DNA of 64,000 nt, taken from assembly GCF_018977255.1 (NCBI RefSeq), contig NW_024704742.1, positions 49,602,001 to 49,666,000 on the forward strand, read 5' to 3'. The notes below the pieces were generated by a model. That model saw only the letters and a program-made list of their open reading frames with translations. It did no database searches and had not been told where the DNA came from. Below are positions 1 to 13,091 of the stretch, in pieces (the first letter of the stretch is position 1; the number at the start of each line of letters is the position of its first letter). The DNA is from Callorhinchus milii (taxonomy: Eukaryota). A program made the position numbers and the translations under genes.

Positions 1-595
1 TGACAAATGATGGATTCACTTTACGGTATGTGTGCTGGCCATTTTCACAAGCGGGCAGATTGCCTTTGATTTTTTCTACTCCTGGTGACTGTTATAGGTT
101 ATTCTGTTCTCTGCTGCTCCTACAATCTTAATCAGAAGTCCTGAAACACAATTAATTTCCAACAAAATATGTTGAAAATAATACAGTAGTATCATAAAAA
201 ATGCTTTGAGTATGTTACTGACCTGATCTTAAAATAGTTGTTGCATTTATTAATGAAATTGAGAAATTTTAAAATATAGGTAGCACAGATCAATCTACAG
301 CATTCTTTCTAAACTCTTAAAAAGAGTAAAATTATAAAATTGTATAATTGTACAACTGCAAAGTTATTAACCTGTTTATCTGATTCCAAAGGGAAGATAT
401 AAATAGTATAATTTTTGTGAATTGAATACTGAAACTAATTTACTGCACTGTAGGAGAAATATGTTTCCTTCAAAACTGGACACATTTTGTTTATCAGTGC
501 ATCGATTTGGATACTATCCATTTGTGACGAATATTCTATTTACACAGCATCTGCTACTATCATTTTCTGCCAAATGTGCAGCTCTTACACGGTTG

Positions 596-1260
596 TTCCA
601 CTATGCCACGGTGCTGGGAGAGTGCTGCATTGTCAGAGGTGCCACCCTTCAGATGAAACATTGAACCAAAATCAAGTCTGCCTGTTCAGATGGACGTTAA
701 AGATCCCAATGGTACTGTTTGAAATAAGAAGTCCTGTAGCTCAGTGGTGCGGAGTCCTGTAGCTCAGTGGTTAGAGCACTCGCCCTGCAAGTGAGACACC
801 TGGGTTCAATTCCAGGCAGGACAAAACCTTGGGCAAGTTTCCTTACTCCACACACCTAATAATAATCCCTCCAAAACAAAACCAATAATAAATTGGTCAT
901 TTTCCATCCACAACTGTTTGTGGGACACTGCTGTGCGCAATTGGCTGCCGCGTTTCGCCCACAAATATACAGTCAATTCACTTTGCAGCATATTCTGTGA
1001 AGCGCTTTGAAATATCTAGAAGACGTGAAAAGCTTTATATAAAAAGGAAGGATTGTTATTATTATTAAGAAGGGAGCTTCTCTTGGTGTCCTGGCCAACA
1101 ATCCCCCAGATAATATTAATCATTTACTTCACAGTTGTTTGTGACACATCACTGCATGTAAATTGGCTGATGTGTTCACCTACAAAATTACAGTCACTAC
1201 ATTTTACAGTGAATCCTGTAATGTGACTTGAAACGTCCACTTGAGATGCAAGGTGCTCCA
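596..1260 (+). mobile_element. old SacSINE1-like Deu-SINE, interrupted by the young SINE
   Basis: GAGTGCTGCATTGTCAGAGGTGCC...AAGATCCCA before the insert; GGTGTCCTGGCCAACA...TGTTTGTG...AATTGGCTG after it. Confidence 0.7.
751..1066 (+). mobile_element. young tRNA-derived SINE (A/B boxes, Deu-like body, L2 tail, (TTA)n), nested in an older SINE
   Basis: TAGCTCAGTGG A box and GTTCAATTCC B box; near-identical to copies at 21735, 52836, 56185, 58425 and 63444. Confidence 0.9.
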
Positions 1261-3519
1261 ACAAAACTCACATTTTCAAATTCTAAGACATTAAAGTGGA
1301 AGGTTTTGCTGTGTCGAATTTTAAATGGTCACTTTTCTGTCCTTCTTGCACTGGAACCCGTCAAAATTAGTCTCATTACACTCAATATCACAGGATAACA
1401 GACAATAGTGTAAAGGTTAAATAGGTCAGACATCCTCTGAGACTTTGAAGGTGGGTAAAAGTCAGCTACAGGTCAAAACAATCCAGAAGCCATGGAAAAT
1501 CATAAAGCAAATGAACTGGGTGACTATGCAAACTGACACCTCAAGGGATATCTGTCATCCTCTCCTCTCCTGGCTGAGTAAAATGAATTTAGCGGGGGTA
1601 TAAAGGGTATAAAGTGAATTTCAATTCAGTTTTCCGTACATTTAAATGCACAGCATAATATTGACTACAGTTTGGCATAACATGATTTCTCTCAAATAGC
1701 TGCAAAAGAGTTATAAGAACTTGCATTGATACATCATGCCCCCACCCCCCCCCACACACACACACCACAAGTGTCTCAGAGTGCAGGGATATATGCATTC
1801 ATACTAACATGTTATGAATTCTGAGGTGGGGAATAAAGGCATTGTCTTCATGAAAGATTAATTTAACAATTATTTTCTTATGCTGGCACATAGAAGAGGC
1901 AGCTGAGCCGTGGATCATTTTCCTGGTTGAGGAACATAATTATGTCCTTCAATGTGATTTATGTTGTTGGAGTTAAAAAAAGCACTCAAACGGAAAAGTA
2001 GTTGCATAAATCACATTAGCGCAGCATTCTTGTGGGTCAGTGTGATGTACATATGATTCCATGTGCTCTGTTGTAGTGCTTTTCCTGGTGCTCGTACCAT
2101 CACTGCTGTGGTTTTCCCATTCAAATATTTTTCCAGCCAGACTGTGTTTGTGAGTTCGTGAACACATCAGAAATGGTTAATATCAAGCACTTTCTTGACA
2201 CCCTAACATCTCCCTATCTCTCTGATCTTCTTTTCTCTCATTTCTCTGATCGCCCCTTCCGCTCTTCTAACCCAGGTTTGTGGTCTATCCCTGGTCCTAC
2301 CAGTGTCAGCAATGAGCTTTCCAATTTACACCCTTAACCTACGGAACTCCCTCCCTTGACCCTTCATTCTCACTTCTCTCTTCAAGTTCCACCTTAAAAC
2401 TTACCTCTTCGACTGTACCTATGTTCACCTCTCCTTCTCTTCTCTGCTTGCCATCCATCCCTGTCAATGTAAAGTCACCAAGATGTAATTGTGTGAAGGG
2501 CGCTATATAGATGCAAGTTTTTGTTTGTTTATGATGATGTTGTCCCTTTAAGATGTTTCATATCCTATACACCCAAATAACATCCCCTCTGAAATGTCTC
2601 TTTTCAGGTATGAAGAGCCCTTTTTTATCTTGACATTTCTCATAACTCATCCCTCTTACCCTGGGGATCATCCTTCTTGCTCTCCTTAGTACAGCTCGAA
2701 CATCTGGCTGTGCTTTAGGTCACCATAACACATATATCAGATTTTAGTTTCCTTAGTTTTGGTCTGGAGATTTTACACAATTTCACTGCAATACTCTTTT
2801 CCCAGTGAGTTCAAATTGACTTGAACTTATTTTAAATTAGCTTAATGCTTTGGATTTAGGTTTGAACTATTTTGTTTCTCTGTTTAAAACTAATTTGTGC
2901 AAAATAAATTGAAGTAAAACGCAAAATATTGCAGATGCTGGAGGTACAAGTAGTTGGCTGGGAAGATATTATTGACTTTTGAAAAAAATTGCAAGCAACC
3001 TCAATCCTCACACCAAGGGGTTTACTTTCCAGTAGGCTCGTTGGATAGGGAACAGGAGCAGAAATGCTGTGTGATTTGTTTTTCCTCCCTATCCTACAAC
3101 AACAGGGCTTTTGCAGCATTTCACAACCTTGGTGAGATGGCTGAATTGTCACGGGAACAGGGAAAGAGAACAATCAAGGTTCTCTAATTCTCTCTATTTC
3201 TCGTTTCTTCCTTTCTCCATACCACAATTGTCAATCGAGAGTTAGCCACTACACCCCTGACCCCTGGCATTTTGTTCCCAAACCTCTCTATTTCACTTCT
3301 TTTCATCTTGATCAAACCTAACTTAAAACATCTTTTCCACCATGCTTTTCCCAACTTCCCTAATTTCCCTTCTTCCTGCTTGGTGCTCCCTATCATAAAT
3401 GTTAAACATTTGGAGGTATTCGTTCTACATGAAAGATACAGTATAAATGCAAGTTGTTGTTGAAATAGGATTATTAGGGTTTGGAACTCAAGCATTGGAG
3501 GAAGTGAGGTAGATCACAT

Positions 3520-4040
3520 ACAACAACAATGACAAAAAACAAACTGCATTTATCTAACTCCATTCATGTAGGAACGACTTTGCAAGGCACTGGAGAGCTG
3601 AGAGTTTTGTACCTGAGCTAAGGGTTTGATTCAGAGGGAAGAAGGTCAAATAGGGTGGGGATGATGGGGAAAGATGACCAAAGGCACAGTCAAAGAGGAA
3701 GGTCTTGAGATGGATCTTGAAGGAGGTGAGGGAAGGGGTGAGGCGAGGCGATTCTGGGATGGGGCAGTCAAGGTAGGGATGTGAAGCAGGCCAGAGGCTG
3801 CAGAGCGGATGGAGTCAGTGAGTTGGTAGGGTTGTAGAAGGTCACAGAGGTAGGATGAGGCAAGACCATGGAAAGATTTAAAAGTGAAGACGAGGATCCT
3901 GAACTTAATCCTCTGGAGGATTGAGAACCAGTGGAGGCAGTTGAGGATGGGGGTGATAGACTCACTGTGCCTCCTAGTGCGGGAGAGAAAACAAGCTGCA
4001 GAGTACTGGATGGTCTGCAGCTTGTGGAGGGAAGAGTTGG
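3520..4040 (-). mobile_element. L2 LINE 3' fragment
   Basis: Degenerate ORF2 C-terminus plus L2 3'UTR and (TTG)n tail on the minus strand. Confidence 0.75.
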
Positions 4041-4562
4041 GAGATCCCTATCCTAGGGACATTCCCCAGCACTGCTTCTGAACAATATGCTTAGAGAGGA
4101 CACTAAGCAAGCCTGTGGAGGTAGCTAACTCATGTGACCTTTCATCTCTAGCTTGCTTTATCAGGAGCATTAACGACTGAATAATACGAATACTTTGTGG
4201 GTTTGTCTTACATCAGGGAAACCACGACTGGCTGGCTCTTGTGAATAATTTAAAGGTATTGATGGCTGCTGCAATAATCATCCTGTAGCCAGGGTATGAC
4301 GTGCAAGTCTTATGTTGCAGAGCTCTCTGCTATTTTATACAGTACATTGCAACATCAATAAAAATACTTTAAATGTGATTAGAAAAATTACTGAAATTCT
4401 TTTATTCTATTTTCTACAAAGAATTCTCCATGTTGGTGTTTAAGCCACAAAATAGGAGCCTTTGTCATGATAGACATCAAAGAATAAGATGGGAAAGTCT
4501 GGAAGTATTAGTTTTTGCCACAGGTTATAAGGAAATGAAGCGGGAAATGAATATGTGAGAAT

Positions 4563-4710
4563 GGCTCAGTCGGTAACACTCTCGCCTCTGGATCAATGTT
4601 TGGAGGTTCAAGCCTCACATTGTGTTGGGAGAGCGCTAAAATGTTGGAGGTGATGTCCTTTGGATGAGAAGTCTTGTTTGCATGTTCAGGTGGACGTTAA
4701 ATCCCATGAA
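4563..4710 (+). mobile_element. SacSINE1-like SINE fragment
   Basis: GGCTCAGTCGGTAACACTCTCGCCTCTG...GGTTCAAG...CAGGTGGACGTTAAATCCCATG. Confidence 0.6.
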
Positions 4711-7700
4711 TTTCAACAAGAATGCCTCATGCCTTTGAAAATTCCACTGTTCACCTCCGCTCTATCTATCTTTAAAAGACTTCTGAAAACCTTCCTCTTT
4801 AACTGTGCATATGGTCATCTCCATTCTTACCCCATCCCCATCTCTGTAAAGTGTCCAGCCCCTTCTCTGTAAAGTGCCAAATTTGAGGCATTATCCCACA
4901 TAAAAGAAACAATACAAATATAAGCTGTTGGTGTTGTCATTCACTTCATGGTTATTAGCTGTTGTGTTCACCTACAAATGCAATCACTGCACTTCAGTAC
5001 ACAGAAATTCCAGTGAAGCACTCTGAGATGTTTTAATGTTATGGGTGTTAAATGAAATCCAAGGATTATTATATTCAATTTCCTGTGTTCTGCCGCAGTT
5101 CAATCTAATTCTGATCTATTTTACTGCACACAATACAGGTTCTAGACTCTATTACTGTAATTTGTTATAATATTGCATTTACTTTTACTGAAATTGGGGA
5201 TGACAAAATGCTGTAGGAGCATAAGAGAGACTGAACTGAATTCAGATCAATGTGTCTGAACTGGATTGGATTTCTTGTGTAAACTGAGTGGTAGGCTTCC
5301 CGTATCAACTGTCTCTATGCAGTACAGAATTATTTATGATGCTGCACTGGAATAACTGAGTGACACTTGATCTGGTGAATTAAGCCTATTAATGGTTACC
5401 TCGGTGTCAAACATCTGTCTGAACAATTACAGGTCACAATTACAAATACTTGTGGACCACATTTGGTTCACCGTGAAGCAATGAGTTTCAGAAAAGTAGC
5501 AACTGTGCAATTCAGCACTCACTTCTGACCATCATTGCTTTGCTTTTACTAATAATAATCCTTGCATTTAATATAGCGCCTTATCACAGCTTTGAGACAT
5601 CTCAAAGCGCTTCACAGAATATACTGTAAAGTGAATTGACTGAATATTTTGTGGGCGAAACCCCACAGCCAATTTTGCACAGCAACGTCCTACAAACAGT
5701 CGTGGATTAAGATGGCCATTTCATTATTATTTTTTTTAAAGGAATTATTAGGTGGAATTTCAGTTCATTGAATCCTTTCCTGACAGTTAGAAAAAAACTT
5801 TTACTGCTCATTGCACAAAATCTGAATAGGTCAAATCACTGGGATCATAGACAAGCAGCTAATGACAACACACTGATCAGCAACCAGCGCAGTTCTGCTA
5901 GCTAGTGATATGACTAGATCAAATCGCAATATTGCATGAGACGTGGAATGATAGATTTCATTTATCTTCAGACAACAGTAATTGCCTAGTGGCCATCTAT
6001 CTTTATCATTGAACATGTTTACTCTTTTGCTCTGATAGATGTCCTCAGATAATTAGAAACAACCTGATCTCACACTACCATGTGGAATTAACTGGCCTTT
6101 GAGTAATTATCTTAGCATCTTATCCCAGCGTAGTCCATGTCCATGTCTATTCAGTTCTGTCCATTGTTCTGAATGCTGCTTGCTATGGATTTATGTCAAC
6201 ATCATATTATACTGTGCTAATTCTCTTCTTCAAAGCTGCACCTCCTTTTACATTGGCTTCAAACTAGAGAACGCTGCTCTAGAGAAGGAGCAGAAGGCCG
6301 AGAGCTAAATGTTGGGTGAAGTGTTGCTTTTATTTAAATCATTGCTTGGTTTGTTGTGCGTCTCATGCAAAACATAAGATGTGGGACATCAGCATCCCAA
6401 GTACTTGTTGACGTCATGCTTCCTACCATCAAGGTCCTGCTGATCAGCGAGGAATAATATCATCAGCAGTAAAGATAGGGTTGGTTTTTAGTGACAGACC
6501 ACACTCTTCTGTTACAGCAGACCTCAAAGTGCAACCTAAGCCTGGCTCTATACAATAGCTCTTTACAGTGTATATTTGGGGAAAAATTAAAATCTTCCCA
6601 TTCCATGGAGCCAGGTTTTTGAAGCATATAATTTGAAGATTATTTCCAAGTTAAATGCATATTTTTTTCAATTCATGAACAAATATATTCACACTACAGA
6701 CCATTGAACTTCTGGTTACTTATTCAAAACGTAATCTGTTACTTGGTTTCTTAACAATAATAATATAGTAATAATCCTTGCATTTGCTATAACCCCTTAT
6801 CATGTCGTTGAAACATTTCAGAGCGCTTCTCAGGATATACTGTAAAGTGGATTCACTGGGAGTGAAACGGGCAGCCAGTTTATGCAGCAGCAATGTCCCA
6901 CAAACATCCATGGAGTGACTGACCAATTTTATTTGGGGGATTTGTTGACCAGGACACTGGGAAAAAATAAATTCTATTTATGTAATACTGTTAATATCAT
7001 GAATCTGTACACTGTATAATCTGATTAATTGGTTCTAACAGGGGAAAATTGGACTGAAGCTTGCCAGCTCATACAAATCTGTGCCTAGGTCTGACAGACA
7101 CTTTGACGTGTATAAGAATTCCTTTTCTTTCTTTAGCACTTCAGTTTGCCAGTTTTAATATTTTAGGGAGTTGATTTCTTGTTTTAATCGAGTACCTCGA
7201 TTTATCTTTTGTTCTCAGTTCTCCTTTGTTAAATCTGCCATTTCTCCATCTGCTCTTCCAACTGTTTTCTCGCTTCTTTTCTCACCACAGTCAAGTCAGA
7301 CCAGCTTTAGAGGCAACAAAAGTCCAGTTTCTGCTGTATCCTGTTGCCAGACTCCACCCAGACCAGATTTTGCGCTCTGGGATGCTACCCTGGGTGAGAG
7401 ACATTATATAAATGCAAGTTGCTGTTGGTGTTGTTTTGAAGTAGAGAAAAGTAGAGATAACTGAAAGAAATGCAGGATCTGAAGGATCTCTTCCTTTCCC
7501 TGCCCCTTGTCCCTGGACATATGGCTGGCACAGATGGCTCAGACAGCTTTGCATTTAGGTCAGTTATCCATCCTCATGAGTTGTGGTCAACTCCTGTGTG
7601 TTGATACGTTTGAAACATCATTGTGCGAAAATTACGAAAGTCATCCAAGGAAATCTTTAAATCTTTCCTGAGCAGCTTGGGGTGAAAGTTACAACTTGTG

Positions 7701-7806
7701 ATGTGTTAATCAAATGTGTTGAAAATTATCAGATTCTTCAAAAATGCCAATCAAAAACTGAACGCTGTCCAAGGGAGTGACAACCCAAACCTCCGCCCTC
7801 ATATGA

Positions 7807-8095
7807 AGTCCTCTAGCTCAGTGGTTAGAGCATTCGCCTCACAAGCGAGAGGACCTGGGTTTGAACCCTGGGCAGGGCAAAATGTTGGGCAAGTTTTCTT
7901 ACTACACGCGCCTCTGTTTACCGAGCAGTAAGTAGGAATCTGGGTGTTAATCGATTGGTAGATCATTTTTCCGGGGTTAAGAAGCCCTTCAAATTTTTTT
8001 TAAATTAATCATTTGGTCACTCAATCCATGACTGTTTGTAGGACACTGCTGTACACAATTGTCTGCCACGCCCACAAAATACAGTCAATTCAATG
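7807..8095 (+). mobile_element. tRNA-derived SINE, long (older) variant
   Basis: Same head and body as the young SINE plus an extra CTGTTTACC.AGCAGTAAGTAGG segment. Confidence 0.8.
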
Positions 8096-8394
8096 CAGAA
8101 AATCATTTAAAATAAAAATAATTTAAAATAATTCAAAATGTATTTTAAAAAATCAGCTTCAATAACATGAAAAATTCTTGCAGCCTCACTAAGCTTCTGC
8201 CTTTGTTAGTAATGATTCTGTCTTCAGTAATCTGCTTTGTCCAATGACAAATGTAAAACCTCTACTGACAGCTGCATTAACAGACGCTTTTGATCTCTTT
8301 CGCTTCAATTCATAGCAATGCAGATGTTTCAGAGTAACTTCCAGGCTGTGATAATGTTTATCAAAATCCAGCTCCTTTATTATTACCAAGATGG

Positions 8395-8753
8395 TAATAA
8401 TAAAAATAATTCTTGCATTTGATAGATCACTTAATCATGTCATCGAGACATCTCAAAGGAATATATTTTCAAGTGATTTGACTGTATATTTTATGGGCGA
8501 GAAGCAGCAGCCAATTGCATAAAGCAGCCTCCCACAAACAGTCGTGAATTGAATGACCAAATTTTTTTTTTTTAAGCGATTATTACCCCCGGAAAACGAC
8601 CCGAAAATCAACTAAAAACTGGGTTCCTACTTAGTGCTATGTAAGCTATGTGTGGAGTAAGGAAACTTGCCAAAGTTTTTGACCTGCCCAGGAATCAAAC
8701 CCGGGTGCTTGCGCTTGCGAGATGGGTGCTCTAACCAATATGCCATGGGACTC
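8395..8753 (-). mobile_element. tRNA-derived SINE, long (older) variant
   Basis: Reverse-complement head to (TTA)n tail. Confidence 0.8.
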
Positions 8754-8931
8754 CACTACCAATATATGTCTATCAATATATGGTAACTATATTTTAGAAA
8801 AGCAAGTTTGTAAATCCAAGCAATCCAAGGGAAGATTTCATAGTCAATTATTCATGTGATCTTTCATTAGGTAACCCTAGTCAATATAGATTAAAGAGCT
8901 CAAGTTTTGAGAAGTAATGATTACTGTACAA

Positions 8932-9020
8932 AACTCAAAATACTGCAGACGCCTGAAATCTGAAAACAAATACAGAAGTCGCTGGAAACACTCAGCAGGT
9001 CAGGCAGCATCTATGGAAGG
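8932..9020. mobile_element. short chondrichthyan Penelope-type terminal repeat fragment with 16-bp TSD
   Basis: AAATACTGCAGA...GCTGGAAACACTCAGCAGGTCAGGCAGCATCT motif; flanked by AATGATTAC(T/C)GTACAA on both sides. Family label is from recall. Confidence 0.6.
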
Positions 9021-9309
9021 AATGATTACCGTACAACTGACTGAATAAATCCTGCATTCTCCGATATCCTGATCTGGGTTTGTTATCACTTGTCATCACT
9101 GCAGACATGTAGTCCAAGAGCTCCACCTGGTTTGAGGACAGGTATGACAGGAGCTGCTTAGTTAGAATAGTTCATCTTCCCAGTGCGTAACAATTTGTTA
9201 ATTACTACATAGGATATGGTAAGGCAATGTTAGTGTCCATTGCTTATGGTAATAATAACAGTAATAATCCTTGCATTTAATTATATATAGTCATTCATGT
9301 TGGGATATG

Positions 9310-11030
9310 TCTCCCCCTCCTCTCTCATCACCACCATAATCCATATGAAACCCATCACCTGCTCCCTGGACCCCATCCCTACCCCTCTCCTTACCTCCCA
9401 GCCGCTCTACTCAATGATCTTGTTAACCTCTCCCTGTCCTCTGGTACTGTTCCCACCCCTTTAAAAAACGCTGTCATCATTCCTATCTTTAAAAAACCCT
9501 CCCTGGACCCTTTTGTACTCCCTAACTACTACCCCATCTCCAACCTCCCCTTCCCCTCTGAGGTCCTGGAACGAGTCGTTGCTTCTCAGCTTCGCTCCTT
9601 CCTCTCCCGCAACTCCCTTCTCGAACCCCTCCAATCGAGTTTCCGTGCCGCCCACAGCACAGAAACCGCCCTGGTCAAAGTGACAAATGACATTCTGTCC
9701 ATCTGCGACCAAGGCTCCCTCTGCCTCCTCGTCCTGCTTCACCTCTTCTGCTTTCGACACCGTTGACCACTCTATCCTCATCCACTCACATCAACCTCCA
9801 CGACGCTGTCCTTGATTGGTTCAGATCATACCTCTTACACCGCCTGCACTTCATGTCCTCAAATGGCTTCTCCTCTAGCCCCCAGATCGTTTCGTGCAGC
9901 TATGTCCTTGGCTCCCTCCTCTTCAACATCTATATGCTCCCTTTTGGTGACATCATCCGCAGACAACTTGCACATGTATGACACCCAGCTCTACCTCTCT
10001 GCCTCCACCCTGAAATGTTGTACTCTGTCCAGCGCCTTGAGACGTCTTCCCGACGTGAAAGGCACTCACAAATGTAATCTTGTTGTTGTTGGTGTTGTTG
10101 TTGACCTCAGGACCACTGCTGTCCTGACAGAATGTCTGTCAGACATCCAGTCCTGGATGAGAGCTAACTTTCTTCAGTTGAACTTTAACAAGACTGAGGC
10201 TCTTCTGATTGGCTCCTGTCAGTGCCTCCTCACCTCAGACGCTGAGAGTATCACCATCCATGGTTGCACACTCCACCTCACTGAGCCAGTCCAGAACCTT
10301 GGCATCTTGTTCGACCCTCAACTATTCTTTCTACCCCACATCTGCGTCATGACCCGCTCTGCCTTCCCCCACCTCCACAACGTCGCCCGGCTCCGACACT
10401 GTCTCACACCGCAGGCCGCCGAAACCCTCATACACACCTTCATTACATTGAGGCTCGACTATGCAAACTCACTGCTTATCGGCCTCCACAACTCCTCCCT
10501 CCACAGGCTGCAGATCATCCAGAACTCTGCAGCCCATGTCCTCTGCTGCACCAGGCTCCGTGACCCTATCACGCCCATCCTTGCCCAACTCCACTGGCTT
10601 CCCATCACACAGAGGATACAGTTCAAGATCCTGGTCCTCACCTTCAAAGCCCTCCATGGTCTTGCTCCCCCCTACCTCTCCGATCTCCTAACCCCCTACC
10701 ATCCCGTTCGCTCCATCCGCTCAGCGGGCTCTGGCCTGCTTCACGTCCCCTGCCTTGCTCTCCCCATTATTGGCGGGTGGGCCTTCCGCCACTCTGCACC
10801 CACCCTCTGGAACTCCATCCCACAGTCCCTCCGTCTCGCCCCCTCCATCATCACCTTTAAGACCCACCTCAAGACCCTCCTCTTCGACCGTGCTTTCGAT
10901 CTCCCTGCTTTCGCCCTGCCTCCCCTACCCCGACCCTCAGCTCAGGTCCGTAACTCTGTCTGTCCAGCGCCTTGGGACATCCTCCCAACGTGAAAGGCGC
11001 TTTACAAATGTAATTTTGTTGTTGTTGGGA
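9310..11030 (+). mobile_element. 5'-truncated, inactivated L2 LINE (RT to 3' tail)
   Basis: ORF2 motifs PISNLPF, FRAAHSTETAL, NFLQLN.NKTE, RLDYANSLL, LHWLP..RIQFK and APTLWNS; frameshifted, with YADD reduced to HMYDTQ. Confidence 0.92.
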
Positions 11031-12271
11031 TAACGTCTCAAAGCGTTTCATAGAACATACAGTGTATTTTGTAGGCAGGCAGGCATTTTGTATTATGCTT
11101 GCTTGGGACCCTACCCGCGTGAAGAGCGCTATAGAAATGCAAGTTGTTGTTATTGTTGTGTACTGTTGTTCTGCGCTAACAGGAAGTGCAGTACACTTGG
11201 CTTCCAAGATGGATTGGCTGGCTTCCTGTCAGTGACATCCAGATTACCCAGAGTCAACTAATATTTTGTTTCTCACATGTTATCATGGTTGCTGAGAAAT
11301 TAGATCTGGCTGATTATGTTGGAACAAGGTTGCTGTGTAATATGGGTCCTTTCAGACCAGGGACATACCATGAATGTACATCCTTAAAATATCCCTCTGA
11401 TGGTCTACACAGAAATGCAGCTCTACGCACACAAACACCAGAATATCAAATTCCTTTACAGATGGACCACTCACCCCTAATGTCTTTGACTCTGTTGGAT
11501 TGAGGACATGTCTGTTTTCTTTGGATTGCTTCTAAGATTTGTCAGGCTTGTCTCTGATTGAGACTGATGGTTCTTTGTATGAAAAAGGGAATGATTTGTT
11601 ATAAATGTGTTAATTTCTAGAACGTGGTTTTGTGAACATCTGAACAAATTTCATTGCGTTATCGATTTTGCAAATAAATTTTTCTGTTTAGACTTAGAAA
11701 TAATAAAATTCCAATTTAGTTTAAACATTCCAGTGTTCAATCTTTAATGGGAAGAAATTTAATCTGGGTTTAGATTCAGAGTGTCCAGAATTTGGCAAAT
11801 TCTAAATTTCAAACTTAATTTGGAAGCTATCTGTTTTTAAGGAGATTACGATTAGATCTAAGAATTTTCCACAATTCCAAAACATCTTAATTTTTTAGAC
11901 AAAATGGTCTTGCAGGCGAAGCAGATGTCTCAATGAGGAAACATTGCACTTTATAGATAGGAAATTACTAATTTTGTTTGTGTCCTGACCACGTGATTCA
12001 TATGGTTTATTGTCATTGAGTTTTATTGTATGCAAATACAATAATTGCAAAATTGGCTGCCGCAATTTATCCACAAACTATAGTCAATTCAATTGATAGT
12101 ATATTCTGTGAAGCGCTTTGAGATGTCTCGAAGATGTGATAAGGCGTTATATCAAATGCAAGAATTATTTTTATTACTACAGCAAAGATGAGCTGTATCT
12201 ACAAAAGAAATATTGCTTCAGATGTCACTTTTAATAATAATAATTTTTATTAAAAGTGATATCTGGGGTCA

Positions 12272-12752
12272 GAGACGGCGGAGAGAAGGGGAGAGAGGGG
12301 GGGAGGAGAGGGGGAGAGGGGAACAGAGAGGAGCAGAAAGAGGGGGGAGAGAGGGAAAGAGAGGGAGGCGGGTCAGAGAGGGAGGGGAGAGGCAGAGAGA
12401 AATGGGGAGGGGAGAGGCAGAGAGAAATGGGGAGGAGAGGGGAATAGAGAGGGAGGAGAGAGGGGGATTGAGAGAGGGGGGAAGAAAGAGAGGCGAGGGT
12501 AAGAGAGAGAAGAGGGGAAGGAGGGGGAAAGAGGGGAAGAGACAGAGGAGAGAGAGGAAGAAAGAGGGAGCTGGAGGGATGGAGAGGGGGAGAGAGCGCA
12601 GAGATGGAAGGATTGAGGAGGAGAGGGAGAAAAAGCATGATGGAGGGAGAGGGGGAGAGAGAGTGATTGAATGAGAGAGAGTGTGAGAGAGGGGAGAGAG
12701 AGTGATTGAGCGTGAGAGGGGGAGAGAATGATTCACAGAGAGGGTGAGAGAG
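12272..12752. repeat. ~480-bp purine (GA)-rich low-complexity tract
   Basis: Almost only G/A on the plus strand; ends in degenerate GAGTGATTGA units. Confidence 0.9.
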
Positions 12753-12759
12753 AAAGTTG

Positions 12760-13085
12760 GTAAGATGGAAGCCATACTCTTTAGCTCCCGTCAACATCTC
12801 ATCTCCTGCAGGTCTGAACTCCTGATCCTCCCTGGGCTCTTCCTAAGACTCTCTGAACCCGTCCACAACTTAGGCGTCAGGTTCAATCCCCAGCTTTCCG
12901 TACTACCACACACCCGTTCCCTAACCAGGACTGCTTTCTTCCACTACATCGAATTAACGCCTCCCCCTGTACCTCAAAACCCACCTTCGTCACTTCCCAC
13001 CTGGACTATTCCAATGCCCTCCTCACTGGTCTCCCCAGCTTCAACATACACAAAATCCGATTCAAAACTCCACTGCCTGGATATC
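12760..13085 (+). mobile_element. older L2 fragment
   Basis: KMEAILFSSRQHL...VHNLGVRFNPQLS...TRTAFFH. Confidence 0.7.
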
Positions 13086-13091
13086 ACCTGT

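Noticed and set aside
1..31. Possible plus-strand exon end (TNDGFTLR|GTATGT)
   Set aside because: Only 25 nt visible, peptide not recognised, and no convincing downstream partner exon found.
9812..10993. 393-aa ORF as a functional gene or domesticated RT
   Set aside because: L2 ORF2 remnant with an out-of-frame N-terminus, a deleted YADD motif and an inserted tail.
12213..12797. Overlapping E/R/G-rich and S/P/L-rich ORFs
   Set aside because: Artefacts of the purine tract, which lacks stop codons.
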